From IMG/VR virus record IMGVR_UViG_3300034110_001068, positions 7,014 to 71,013 of that record: 64,000 nt of DNA. One strand, 5' to 3'. Shown here piece after piece: positions 18,785 to 27,703 of the stretch. The notes beneath the pieces were generated by a model. That model was not told where the DNA came from and ran no database searches. It was given only the letters and a program-made list of their open reading frames with translations. The position numbers were made by a program, and so were the translations under genes. How positions within the stretch are numbered: the stretch's first letter is position 1; each line of letters starts with the position of its first letter. This DNA is from a virus.

Positions 18785-18852
18785 AACTCAATCCCGAGAA
18801 AGCGCGCCTTTGCCTCAACAAAACCGCTTTAATGCTCGGTAGTTTTAGACAG
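18777..18852. repeat. candidate integrase arm-type sites (12-bp inverted repeat)
   Basis: CTGTCTAAAACT 18777-18788 / AGTTTTAGACAG 18841-18852; related AGTATTAGACA 59371-59381 and AATAGACAG 59396-59404 at the other end. Confidence 0.65.
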
Positions 18853-18948
18853 ATGCCAAACCCATCTCCGGCGTTCTGCCGACCGATTATCAAACCAAAA
18901 ATCTACAGCTCGTCGCCTCACCCTCGCTCACCCTACGCGCCTCGATTA

Positions 18949-18964
18949 CTGTATATGCAAACAG
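18949..18964. promoter_or_regulatory. LexA (SOS) box
   Basis: CTGT-ATATGCAA-ACAG, 18 nt upstream of ORF 18983. Confidence 0.8.
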
Positions 18965-18982
18965 TATTCAGTAAGGCATTCC

Positions 18983-19363
18983 GTGGACCACCTCATAGAA
19001 GATACCGACGATTGGCTCGGTAACCCGACCCCGCTCGAAACCTGCCGACACCAGCTCAGGATGTACGAGAACGAATTCGAGGCTCTCACCCTCAAGCTTG
19101 AGCGCGCACTTGAAAATATTCAGGGTCTGGTGCGTGACAACGATGCGCTCACGCTCGAGAGGAATTCTCTCAGGGCTGAGCTAACTGCTGCCAAAACTGA
19201 AGCCGCCGAGGCTGGCCGGCGCGCGAATGACATCACAATCAAAACCAACTGGGAGCTGATGGCGAAGGACAAGCACATCTCTCACCTGTCGACGGAAATT
19301 AAAAAGCTAAAAGGCGAGACCCCCTTCGCCCCGGCCTTTCCGCATCAGCGGGATATTTCCTGA
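18983..19363 (+). CDS. SOS-regulated coiled-coil hypothetical protein
   Basis: 126 aa with heptad pattern; GTG start with SD AAGG; LexA box upstream. Confidence 0.7.
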   Translation: MDHLIEDTDDWLGNPTPLETCRHQLRMYENEFEALTLKLERALENIQGLVRDNDALTLERNSLRAELTAAKTEAAEAGRRANDITIKTNWELMAKDKHISHLSTEIKKLKGETPFAPAFPHQRDIS

Positions 19364-19848
19364 ACGTACGCTTGGCACGCCTGAAGCGCGATCAGTCCCT
19401 GGTCGCCGGTGTCGGTGATGGCGATAATTCGTTGAGCATGCGCCGGGTCAAGTCGGGCTCGTACGGTTGCATGATCCACGCCGCCGGCGCCGGTGGCTTT
19501 GGGCACGTCACAGCCACCGGCTGAATCCGCGTCGATGAGGACTGACAGCCGCAGATCAGCAGTGGCAAGGCGATCACGCAGGCGATCCTGGTAACGTTGG
19601 GCATCACTCAATTTCCTGTAGTGGATTTGCTCGTTGGCCGCCAACTTCTGCTCGAGCGCGAGGCGCTTGTCCTGCTCGGCCTTCTGCGCCTCGGCGCCGG
19701 CCATTGCTAGCTGGTTAAGTGTCTCGCCGTGCACCCTCGCCTGCTCGGCCAGCTGCCAGCCGTAGCGCCAGTCCTGGAACTCCCAGGCGCTTACGAAGCC
19801 GGCGAGCGCCAGCGCCAGCGCGCCGATCAACCGCCATGGGACAGTCAC
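19345..19848 (-). CDS. Rz-like i-spanin
   Basis: N-terminal TM, coiled coil, ACQAYV end; GTG start overlapping endolysin stop. Confidence 0.85.
   Translation of the reverse strand: MTVPWRLIGALALALAGFVSAWEFQDWRYGWQLAEQARVHGETLNQLAMAGAEAQKAEQDKRLALEQKLAANEQIHYRKLSDAQRYQDRLRDRLATADLRLSVLIDADSAGGCDVPKATGAGGVDHATVRARLDPAHAQRIIAITDTGDQGLIALQACQAYVQEISR
19392..19607 (-). CDS. Rz1-like o-spanin lipoprotein embedded in Rz
   Basis: Lipobox-like LICGC, Pro-rich CPKPPAPAAW, alternate frame inside Rz. Confidence 0.85.
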   Translation of the reverse strand: MMPNVTRIACVIALPLLICGCQSSSTRIQPVAVTCPKPPAPAAWIMQPYEPDLTRRMLNELSPSPTPATRD

Positions 19849-20378
19849 GCCAACACCCCGCGCGCCTTCTTCCAAAGCTCCAGTCGATCCGCCAAACCGT
19901 TCAACCCGCCGTTGATGCGCCGAGTGATGGTGTTGAACTCGTCCCGATCGGCCAAATCGTTCAACCCCTTCTGCTTCCAGAACCAGGCCGCCGACATAGC
20001 GGCATGCTGTGGCAGCTCGAGCAATTCAGGATGATTGATCAGGTCAAGGCCCAGCGCCTCGCCACACTTGGCATAGTTCGCCCGTCCGGTGATCTGGATC
20101 AGCCCTCGTCCGCAATACTTGCGACCGTCGCCCGGCACGGTATTGCCCAGGTCTGCGCGCCCCTCGTAACCGCGCTGAGCTGCAGTCGGCCCCCAGATCT
20201 CACGGACGTAGCGCAGCTGGCCAGACTCATGGCCGATTTGCGCAATGAACGCGGCGGCGCGCTTTGGGCCCACGATCTGGTAGTGCTGCATAGCGGTGTT
20301 CAGGGCGGAAACAAAAACGCCCGCTTGATTGCGGGCGTTCGGGAGGATCTGCAGCAACTGCTGCTGGGTGATCGGCAT
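19845..20378 (-). CDS. GH19 endolysin
   Basis: FIAQIGHESG, GRGLIQITGRANY, TRRINGG. Confidence 0.95.
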   Translation of the reverse strand: MPITQQQLLQILPNARNQAGVFVSALNTAMQHYQIVGPKRAAAFIAQIGHESGQLRYVREIWGPTAAQRGYEGRADLGNTVPGDGRKYCGRGLIQITGRANYAKCGEALGLDLINHPELLELPQHAAMSAAWFWKQKGLNDLADRDEFNTITRRINGGLNGLADRLELWKKARGVLA

Positions 20379-20395
20379 AGAATTCTCCTGACAAT

Positions 20396-20418
20396 AAAAA
20401 ACCCGCCGAAGCGGGTTT
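20396..20418 (-). terminator. terminator after acyltransferase moron
   Basis: AACCCGC/GCGGGTT stem plus T-run. Confidence 0.7.
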
Positions 20419-20438
20419 AAGATGTTTAAAGCTGCTAT

Positions 20439-21560
20439 TCAGGCTGGCTCTTTTTCTAACGCCCCAAAAATACGTCGCTTGACCAAAGCTTTAATGGGAA
20501 CAACTATATATCGATCAAACGCCAGCGAATACAACACCGCTGCGACAATATAAAAAGGCCACGAATGCACAGTATCAAGCTGATAATATTGGCTTGTCAC
20601 ATCTGATGGCTTTATAACACCAATGACACAAAGCAAAACATTCAACACAAAAAATCCGAACAGGTGGTGCAGCAATATCGGAAAGGAGTTCTTACCTATG
20701 TAACCAAGAACCATCGTGAATGACTTGTTGCTAGAGGCGATTTGAGCGATCCCGTAGAAAAATGCTATCCCCAGCACACTGCTGAACACTGGCAAATACG
20801 TTGCCTGATATTTTGAAACCTGCATCCAAAAATCAAGATTCCCGGCAAAAACAAGCATCTGCTGCTGAACTATATAAATAGCAGCCAGCACAAACACATT
20901 ACTGAAAAACCGTTGAGCCCTGTACTTTGCAACGACTGAGCCAAGGTAATAGAAAAAAGCTGCGAACATAAAACGATAGCAAATAATCTTGTCTATTGGA
21001 GCATAATTATCCCCATACATTCTCATGCTGTATACGACGGCTAGGAATGCCAAAGCCAGATACACACAGAGAAAACCGCTCGATACCAGACCTTCACCGA
21101 ACCCTCTCAACAAAACAGCTAGTCGGGTATGGACAAGCGAGAAGTATAACTTCACAAAAAATAGGCACGAAATAAACCAATATGCAGAAGTAAACTTGTA
21201 CGCCCCGCCGGTTGTAAATTGATTAACAAACAAAAAATCAAAGCTGAATGGTTGTACGAAAGCGCTGAACCCGAGATGAGAGATCACCCAGCACGCGACG
21301 GCATAGAACAAATAGAACACGATGGAATATAGCAGCAAAGATCTTACGTTCTTAGCTACAGTAGAGATTACACCGTCAACTTTATACTCAGAAAAAAACA
21401 ACCCAGAAACAAAGAAAAATAACGGCATATGAAAAGAGTAAGGCGCAAAAGCAACCATTGTCGCGCCACTGCTTGCATGCCCAGAAACGACCAACAATAT
21501 TCCCAGGCCGCGCAGAACATCGACACTCAAATCCCTGTCTTTCACAAACTCTCTCCACAT
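20439..21560 (-). CDS. acyltransferase-3 family membrane protein (O-antigen acetylase-like moron)
   Basis: DVLRGLGILLVVSGH, FHMPLFFFVSG, YWFI, IGKNSFPILLHH; AT-rich. Confidence 0.9.
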   Translation of the reverse strand: MWREFVKDRDLSVDVLRGLGILLVVSGHASSGATMVAFAPYSFHMPLFFFVSGLFFSEYKVDGVISTVAKNVRSLLLYSIVFYLFYAVACWVISHLGFSAFVQPFSFDFLFVNQFTTGGAYKFTSAYWFISCLFFVKLYFSLVHTRLAVLLRGFGEGLVSSGFLCVYLALAFLAVVYSMRMYGDNYAPIDKIICYRFMFAAFFYYLGSVVAKYRAQRFFSNVFVLAAIYIVQQQMLVFAGNLDFWMQVSKYQATYLPVFSSVLGIAFFYGIAQIASSNKSFTMVLGYIGKNSFPILLHHLFGFFVLNVLLCVIGVIKPSDVTSQYYQLDTVHSWPFYIVAAVLYSLAFDRYIVVPIKALVKRRIFGALEKEPA

Positions 21561-21614
21561 CACAATCGATCAAGGGCACCCCTGTAGACCGAGATGATAT
21601 GGAGAGATTGAGTC

Positions 21615-21818
21615 TTATGCTATAGCTGGCTGCCCGCCATTCGTTGGATCAGGCAGATCGCCAGTGATCGTGCCTTCCGGGAGCGACTCCCACCAAAGCT
21701 CATACCGGGGATCATCAGCAAAGATCTCAGCTTGGAAAGGTACGTATTCAACTGGCTGGAGGGAGCTAAAAATACCAATGATCTTCGTCACTGTAGCGTC
21801 TGAAAACTCGGCAATAAT
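21615..21818 (-). CDS. small tail-fibre-associated protein, apparent ATT start
   Basis: Open frame IIAEFSDATVTKIIGIFSS..DDPRYELWWESLP after SD GAGGTGA; in-frame TGA directly upstream; alternative GTG start at 21791. Confidence 0.55.
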   Translation of the reverse strand: MIAEFSDATVTKIIGIFSSLQPVEYVPFQAEIFADDPRYELWWESLPEGTITGDLPDPTNGGQPAIA

Positions 21819-21826
21819 TTGTCACC

Positions 21827-22801
21827 TCAGAATTCGTAATTTTTTACGCTGATAGTAAAGCTAGGTATCCCACCGGTTGAACTGGCTGTTTGATAGATGG
21901 TTTGTGGGACAGATATAGCAACACGGAAAGGTATCGCGACAGAGCCACCCGGCAATGTTGCGGTATTGAACTGGCCGCCAATAGCCGAGTTGGAGACTGA
22001 AGTTAAAACTTGTGAGACGGAGCTGGCGGCCGAGCTACCGGCCTGGTTGAACCCGGAGACAAATTTGGCGCTGTATGGGAAACCTGTTGAGGCTCTCGCA
22101 AATGGCCCGCCTACAGCAGTTGAGGAGGTGAGAATACCGACCCCCAAATAGTCGACTGTGCGATCAACCTGAAAGAACGGCGCGAATTGCCCCGCCGCCG
22201 CACTGATTGGCGCAACCGAAACGAGCGCAGAGGCCGTGTATCCAGCAGGCATGAATGAGCCAGCATAGGCGGCAGGCAAGAAGGAGCCGGCCTCCATCCT
22301 CCCGATTAACATTGGGTTGGTGGCCGACACGGGGATGGTGGGATTGAAGCACGCATAGATTCCCAAGAATCCGTTCGCAGTCGCCGCTCCGTTGTCCATG
22401 CCTCCAATGCCGATTTTGCTTAGGTCGATGGTTCTACTGAAATTAGGCACCACATAGCTCATCCCGCCCAGCATTGATTTCATGACGACTTCATCGGCCG
22501 TGATGGTCGCGGTAGCTGAGGCGGCAAGAACTGAACAACGCAGGTTGCGTACAGAACCTATCACTGGAGAATTATAAGGCAGTCGCGAGCCGATGAGCTG
22601 ACTGATCGCGGCTGCAAGCTGGTTGTTCACTGCCTCATTGGGTGTGAGTCCTGCCACATTGATCACGTTGAGAATTTCGTCTGTTACCGCATTACCCCAT
22701 TGCGCTGGAATCAATGACCCAGGCGTTCCCGCCAAAGGATCTTCATCTACAAACTTCCCACCCACCAGTCCAACGCTCGGCACGCTAATCGGATAATCCA
22801 C
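21827..22801 (-). CDS. tail fibre / receptor-binding protein
   Basis: MDYP..GKFVDED..IPAQWGNAVTDEILNVI baseplate anchor; follows DUF2313 gene. Confidence 0.85.
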   Translation of the reverse strand: MDYPISVPSVGLVGGKFVDEDPLAGTPGSLIPAQWGNAVTDEILNVINVAGLTPNEAVNNQLAAAISQLIGSRLPYNSPVIGSVRNLRCSVLAASATATITADEVVMKSMLGGMSYVVPNFSRTIDLSKIGIGGMDNGAATANGFLGIYACFNPTIPVSATNPMLIGRMEAGSFLPAAYAGSFMPAGYTASALVSVAPISAAAGQFAPFFQVDRTVDYLGVGILTSSTAVGGPFARASTGFPYSAKFVSGFNQAGSSAASSVSQVLTSVSNSAIGGQFNTATLPGGSVAIPFRVAISVPQTIYQTASSTGGIPSFTISVKNYEF

Positions 22802-22812
22802 GTTTCTACCTC

Positions 22813-23412
22813 TCAGTCATAATTGATGTGCACGACGGTGTGCGCTGGCGCCGGACGCCTGATCGTGCATTCGAGCGGGTTGCCTGGGTTGGCACCGAAG
22901 CGCTCTCCCCAATAGCTGACGCCGAAGCGCCGGCCCTGGCGCTGCCTGCCGCCGGTGTTGAGCGTCCACATGAACTGCGCTTTCCATGTGCCGAAGTGGG
23001 CGACGCCAAAACGAGAACGCCCCATTCGGGGCGCTCGATGTTCGGTGATGGTCGCATCCGGGTAACCCTGGCTTATGGCGATTTCTATGAAATAGGCTCT
23101 GCTCTGCCCGCCGACATCTACGAGGCGGCGACGAACGGCCAAGCGGCGATCCTCAAAAGTTGGGTTCGGCCCGAGACAGGGATCCGGCAGGTTCATGACA
23201 GCCTCCCAGTCCGGTACCAACTCGCTAACGCCAGCAGGATCCATCTCGTTCAGCAGGTCGACCGCCCGGGCATCGAGGCGCGCAAATTCAATTGCGACAC
23301 CCTTTAGCACCAGGTCTATTTCGGGCACCAGCTCAGGATCCCAGGCTGGGCCAGCAGGCAAGAGACCACGAAGCTGACGACGGTACTGCTCGGCGGTTCG
23401 GGCTACAGCCAT
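22813..23412 (-). CDS. baseplate wedge protein (Mu gp48/YmfQ, DUF2313)
   Basis: LLPAGPAW, LPDPC, PAHT motifs. Confidence 0.9.
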   Translation of the reverse strand: MAVARTAEQYRRQLRGLLPAGPAWDPELVPEIDLVLKGVAIEFARLDARAVDLLNEMDPAGVSELVPDWEAVMNLPDPCLGPNPTFEDRRLAVRRRLVDVGGQSRAYFIEIAISQGYPDATITEHRAPRMGRSRFGVAHFGTWKAQFMWTLNTGGRQRQGRRFGVSYWGERFGANPGNPLECTIRRPAPAHTVVHINYD

Positions 23413-24440
23413 GTGATGCCTCCGAAGGTCAGCAGCTCGTTGGCAACCGCGGTAACGTCGGCAACTGGAACAGTCAGCGAATGATCCGTTTCGCCGGCTG
23501 CGCCACTGATAGCCTCACGAATGTGACTGATCAACAACTTGTCGCCCAGACCGGCCTCGCGTTCGTGCAGGTCCTTTAGACTTGCCGTGATGGCTGCGCG
23601 CACCGCTGTTGTGTCTGGCACAGGATGGATGCTGTAAAGCACCGGTTTGAGCGTTGGTGCCAAAACATAGAGCTCAGCTGTTACTGGCCGCAACGGCTCG
23701 ATGTAGTCCTTGATCTCCTGCAGTTGTGTCGGGTTCGGCAACGGCATGGGATCGTTGTCGCGCATCACGAACAGCCCGACCGTGCCCGGTCCAAGGTAAT
23801 TGCCACGGCACCATGCCCGCGTGACGCCGGGAAACTCCAAAGCCCAGGTCTCGTAATCGTCCGCCGAACCTCCGTGAGGGATGACTCGGTATGACCGGAT
23901 CACCCGCGCGCGCAGGGATTCGATGCTTTCCTTTTCAATGCCACCAGATAACCCGGGAGCAGTGACTGTAAAAGAGTTGGTCACGCCAGCCACTGGCTGG
24001 ACCAGTGTAAGCTGAAGGCTGGCATCCGCATTGCCAAGCGCGCCAGCTTCCACCGCTTCAATCGTGGTCGTGTTCAGTCCCGCCACCGTAGTGACACCGG
24101 CGGTAACTCGGTACATGCGGCCGTCACCAGCCTGCAGAATCACATCGACATCCAGTACGGCACCAGCGGCAGCACTGAAGCTCACGCTACCCTCTGCAGG
24201 CTGAGCAGAATTGCGCGGACGATTCAGACGCAGCGCGGCAATGCGCTCGAGCGTTTCCTCGTCGGCTTTGTCTGGCAGGATTTGGTCGGCGATCCAGTCG
24301 AGATAGCCGTACAACCCGTAAGCGGTGCCGCTCAAGGTCCGCGCCAGCACCTGGGCATCGGAACGCCGTAGCGCTTCGCTGGCCAGATCGCTTTGCGTGC
24401 GACTGATGAGCACCGGCAGTGAAGGTGTTTCAAACGGCAT
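23403..24440 (-). CDS. baseplate J-like protein (Mu gp47)
   Basis: PHGGSADDYETWALE..GVTRAW. Confidence 0.92.
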   Translation of the reverse strand: MPFETPSLPVLISRTQSDLASEALRRSDAQVLARTLSGTAYGLYGYLDWIADQILPDKADEETLERIAALRLNRPRNSAQPAEGSVSFSAAAGAVLDVDVILQAGDGRMYRVTAGVTTVAGLNTTTIEAVEAGALGNADASLQLTLVQPVAGVTNSFTVTAPGLSGGIEKESIESLRARVIRSYRVIPHGGSADDYETWALEFPGVTRAWCRGNYLGPGTVGLFVMRDNDPMPLPNPTQLQEIKDYIEPLRPVTAELYVLAPTLKPVLYSIHPVPDTTAVRAAITASLKDLHEREAGLGDKLLISHIREAISGAAGETDHSLTVPVADVTAVANELLTFGGITWL

Positions 24441-24828
24441 AGATCACCTGCCAGGAAGAGATGGGTTTTATTTCGATGCGGTCGCCGCCGGGCACCGTGA
24501 GGATGACCGTCAGGCTCAATCGACTGATGTCGACCTTCTCGCTGGTGATCTCGATCGCGATCGCGTGTCCCTCGTCCAGCAGCCACCGTAGGGCTTCGTT
24601 CGCGTAGAACTCCGCATCGCGCTGCGTGGCGTCGGTCAGCTTGACCCGCCGCAACAACCACAAGCGCGAGCCGATGCGGTCATCTGCAATATCTGGGTAA
24701 CTGTCCCCCCACCACCCGAACAGTTCGTCATCGTCCACTGGGTCATCGGTCAGCGCTCGGCGCCAGGTAAACAGACTGATCAGCACGGCGCGGGTCAGGG
24801 CTGATTGGCGATCATCAGAAAAAATCAT
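24430..24828 (-). CDS. baseplate protein (Mu gp46)
   Basis: VLISLFTWRRA..GWWGD..GSRLWLL. Confidence 0.92.
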   Translation of the reverse strand: MIFSDDRQSALTRAVLISLFTWRRALTDDPVDDDELFGWWGDSYPDIADDRIGSRLWLLRRVKLTDATQRDAEFYANEALRWLLDEGHAIAIEITSEKVDISRLSLTVILTVPGGDRIEIKPISSWQVIYAV

Positions 24829-25334
24829 CAGCCCCCCGCTGCGGGTGGCCCGCTGTTGCCGTTGCCCGCCTGGACATTGGTGTGGACGTGCTCGATTTGA
24901 CTAACGCCGCCGGCGACCTGATCACCCGTAGAAACGATCTGTCCGGTCTGGTTGATGACCGGCGTGTCAAAGTTCACCGCGGTCGTTGCCTTGATGTTCA
25001 GCGTGGCCGTTTCGATATCGATAATCCGGCCACGCTTGAAGTGGATCTTGTCGCCTTCGTCCGTGTAGATAGCCACTTCACCCGGTTTCAGTTCCTTGAT
25101 GCGGTACCGGCGGTCTGACGCCACCACGACAACAGCGTGGGAACGGTCGCCGTTGAGGAACATTGTCAGCACCTCGGCGCCCGCCAGCGGATTGCTGGTC
25201 AGCCCGTAAGGTTCGAAGTGCTCGACGTTGTCCTTCAGCTCGCCGGCGGTCATCCGCACCTGCAGCATCTGCATCATCTTACCGGCCGCCGCCAGCACAA
25301 CCGTGCCGCGCGCCATCATGCTTTTCAGGCTCAT
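24828..25334 (-). CDS. baseplate spike (Mu gp45 / gpV)
   Basis: EPYGLTS, GEVAIY, C-terminal HVH. Confidence 0.92.
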   Translation of the reverse strand: MSLKSMMARGTVVLAAAGKMMQMLQVRMTAGELKDNVEHFEPYGLTSNPLAGAEVLTMFLNGDRSHAVVVVASDRRYRIKELKPGEVAIYTDEGDKIHFKRGRIIDIETATLNIKATTAVNFDTPVINQTGQIVSTGDQVAGGVSQIEHVHTNVQAGNGNSGPPAAGG

Positions 25335-26443
25335 TTTTTCGGCTCGTAGTCTGCAGGGATGAGGTATTCGAAGTTGTCGGCCTTGCCGCCCTTCTTCAAC
25401 TTGCGGTCTTTGTGCGGGTCGTGCGGCTCAGGCTCGAAGCCGTCCGGAGGACCTACCTCCAACTTGGTAATCTGCCCGCTGTCGGTGAGCGCATAAGTCA
25501 CCCGGGCGATGAGCATGATGCGATCGAAGCCCACAATTGGGTCGATGACCCGCACCAGCGAGTTGTGTTTCCAGAGCGCGCCGTTTGATTGTCGCCAGCC
25601 CTGTACGGTGTAATTGGTGGTGAGGGCTTTACCCATGCGCGTGCCGCGTTCCCAGTTCGCCCGGGCCTGCGCCAGGTCGTTGGTCATCTGCCCCGATTCC
25701 TGAATGATCATGACCCGCTTGCGGCCAACGCGCGGATCCGCCACGACCGCCGATACCTCTGCCGCCTGCTCGCCGAACTCGTCGTCGGTACCGCTCTTCT
25801 GGCCGAGCACTTGGTATTCGGAAAAGACCGCCGAGAAGTCCAGCGCGGCATCACCGGTCAGGATGTTGTTGCCTACTTCCAGCGCATCGAATGCCCGGAC
25901 CTCGCTGCCGGGCTTGGCAAGCACGGCCATGCCCTTGGCATCGTCTGTGGAGAAAACGCGGAACAGCGTCAGCAGGCGATCGATGGATTCGAACACCGTT
26001 TCGCCGGGCTCGATCGTGTGGTCTGAAAGCTTTGCCCCTTCCGGGATCTCGCTGCGCACACGAACACCGTAAGGCGACGACAGCGCCCTGACGATCGAGA
26101 GAACGCTTTGGTTGTTCCACTGCCCCGGCTTATTGATTGCCCCGCAGTCCACCAGATCGGCGGTGAGGGAGCGGCCGCTGACGCTGGTGGTGATTTGCTG
26201 ATGGTCGTAACTGATCGGCGTGGCGAACACCCAGCCAGTCAGCACAAGGTCGTCGCCGATCCTGACCTGGCACTTGGCTCCCTGCTTGATCGGCAAAGGC
26301 AACGGCTGCCCGGGCCATTTCCATGTGATGTTCAGCGTGAATGACCGCGCCTGATCCTCAAGTCCGGCGGTGATCTCTACGGATTTCCAGCCGAAGTAAT
26401 CCAGACCGTCAACCGTGAGGCTGACAGCATTGACGTCTTCCAT
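25331..26443 (-). CDS. baseplate hub (Mu gp44/gpP)
   Basis: GWKSVEI, GRSLTADLVDC, EPGETVFE. Confidence 0.92.
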   Translation of the reverse strand: MEDVNAVSLTVDGLDYFGWKSVEITAGLEDQARSFTLNITWKWPGQPLPLPIKQGAKCQVRIGDDLVLTGWVFATPISYDHQQITTSVSGRSLTADLVDCGAINKPGQWNNQSVLSIVRALSSPYGVRVRSEIPEGAKLSDHTIEPGETVFESIDRLLTLFRVFSTDDAKGMAVLAKPGSEVRAFDALEVGNNILTGDAALDFSAVFSEYQVLGQKSGTDDEFGEQAAEVSAVVADPRVGRKRVMIIQESGQMTNDLAQARANWERGTRMGKALTTNYTVQGWRQSNGALWKHNSLVRVIDPIVGFDRIMLIARVTYALTDSGQITKLEVGPPDGFEPEPHDPHKDRKLKKGGKADNFEYLIPADYEPKK

Positions 26444-26446
26444 GGG

Positions 26447-27703
26447 TTACCTCTGGGCGATTTTGATCGGGCGAGCCGGGACGAACCCGGGGTGACGCAG
26501 GCGATTGCGCTGTACCACTTCGGATTCCCGCGTGGCATCACCGAAACGACGGTACGCCAGCACCAACGCCGACAGTGTTTCCGGCGGTGTGATTTCCACC
26601 AGGCGCACGCCCGACTCCGCGACGGCGGTCAGGTGTTTGACGATGGTCTGTCGCAGCGTGTTGAGCACCATGTAGTGCTCGGGATCGGCTTTCAACGACG
26701 CTTGAAAAATCGCCTCGTTGAGGTTATCGCGCAGCTCAAGCACGTCGTCAGCCACTGGCACCTCCGGGCGCACGATCGGCTGCACTGCCTGCTGCTCGAC
26801 CGAAGCCACCGTGGTCGTCGAAACCGGCTGCGAGGCGACAGGCATTTCACTGATGATCAGGGCGACCTGCACCAGCAAAGCGTCCTGCACCAGGTTGGCA
26901 GTGGCTTGTGATGCAGCCGCCGCATCGACACCGCCTGAATCGCTGACGGTATTGATGCTGGCCACGGCCTCGGTCTGCTGCGTAGCGGTGGCCACCGAGT
27001 TCCTGTAGCTCGAACCAGAGTCGTCGCCTAGGTAATCATCCACCGAAAATTCGCTGAAGTAGCTGGAGAACAGCGACGACAGTGAATCTGGCGCGTTCAT
27101 CAATGATTGCACAAAGCCGGTCAGGTTGGTGAAGGCGCCGATAATGGTGGAGAACTGCTGCTGAATGACCGTGTACACGCCCGACAGGCTGTTGCGCAGA
27201 CGGGCCAATCCCAGACGGGCCTGATCCACTTTGGCCATCGCCGACTTGTACCGGGCCAGCGCGGAGTCCAGCAGGCTATCGGAAGCCTTGACGACCTGCT
27301 GCTGGGTGTTGACCTTCGCTGTCGGAAACTTCAGCGGTATGTCCGGGTAGAACGTCACCGCGAACGCCGCCATGCCGCCCTGCTTGAAGTCGTGCGTCAG
27401 TTCGGCTTCACCGGCCTTGACCTGCATGCGGCCCAGCCAAGGGTGCACCAGCTCGCCGGCGCCCGGCGTCTGCACGGCTTCCATGAATTTATCGCGGCGC
27501 TCGAAGCAGTCATCACCGATGATCCAGCAAACCAGCCGGTGAATCTGCGCCTGTTTGCCCATTTGCTCGGCATAGGGCTCGTCGCGCTGCGGAAACTCGT
27601 GCAGCTGCACTTTCATGCCGACCGGCACCGAAGCCTGTGGGATCAGAAAACTGATCCCCCGGAACGACGCCGGCAGCATTTGATCACGCCATGTCTGATC
27701 CAT
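26447..27703 (-). CDS. DNA circularization protein (Mu gp43/N)
   Basis: ASFRG, GELVHPWLG, RHPGFVP. Confidence 0.92.
   Translation of the reverse strand: MDQTWRDQMLPASFRGISFLIPQASVPVGMKVQLHEFPQRDEPYAEQMGKQAQIHRLVCWIIGDDCFERRDKFMEAVQTPGAGELVHPWLGRMQVKAGEAELTHDFKQGGMAAFAVTFYPDIPLKFPTAKVNTQQQVVKASDSLLDSALARYKSAMAKVDQARLGLARLRNSLSGVYTVIQQQFSTIIGAFTNLTGFVQSLMNAPDSLSSLFSSYFSEFSVDDYLGDDSGSSYRNSVATATQQTEAVASINTVSDSGGVDAAAASQATANLVQDALLVQVALIISEMPVASQPVSTTTVASVEQQAVQPIVRPEVPVADDVLELRDNLNEAIFQASLKADPEHYMVLNTLRQTIVKHLTAVAESGVRLVEITPPETLSALVLAYRRFGDATRESEVVQRNRLRHPGFVPARPIKIAQR

Noticed and set aside
21827-22801. Tail-fibre diversification by invertase or diversity-generating retroelement
   Set aside because: No serine invertase, reverse transcriptase, duplicated fibre end or flanking inverted repeats found
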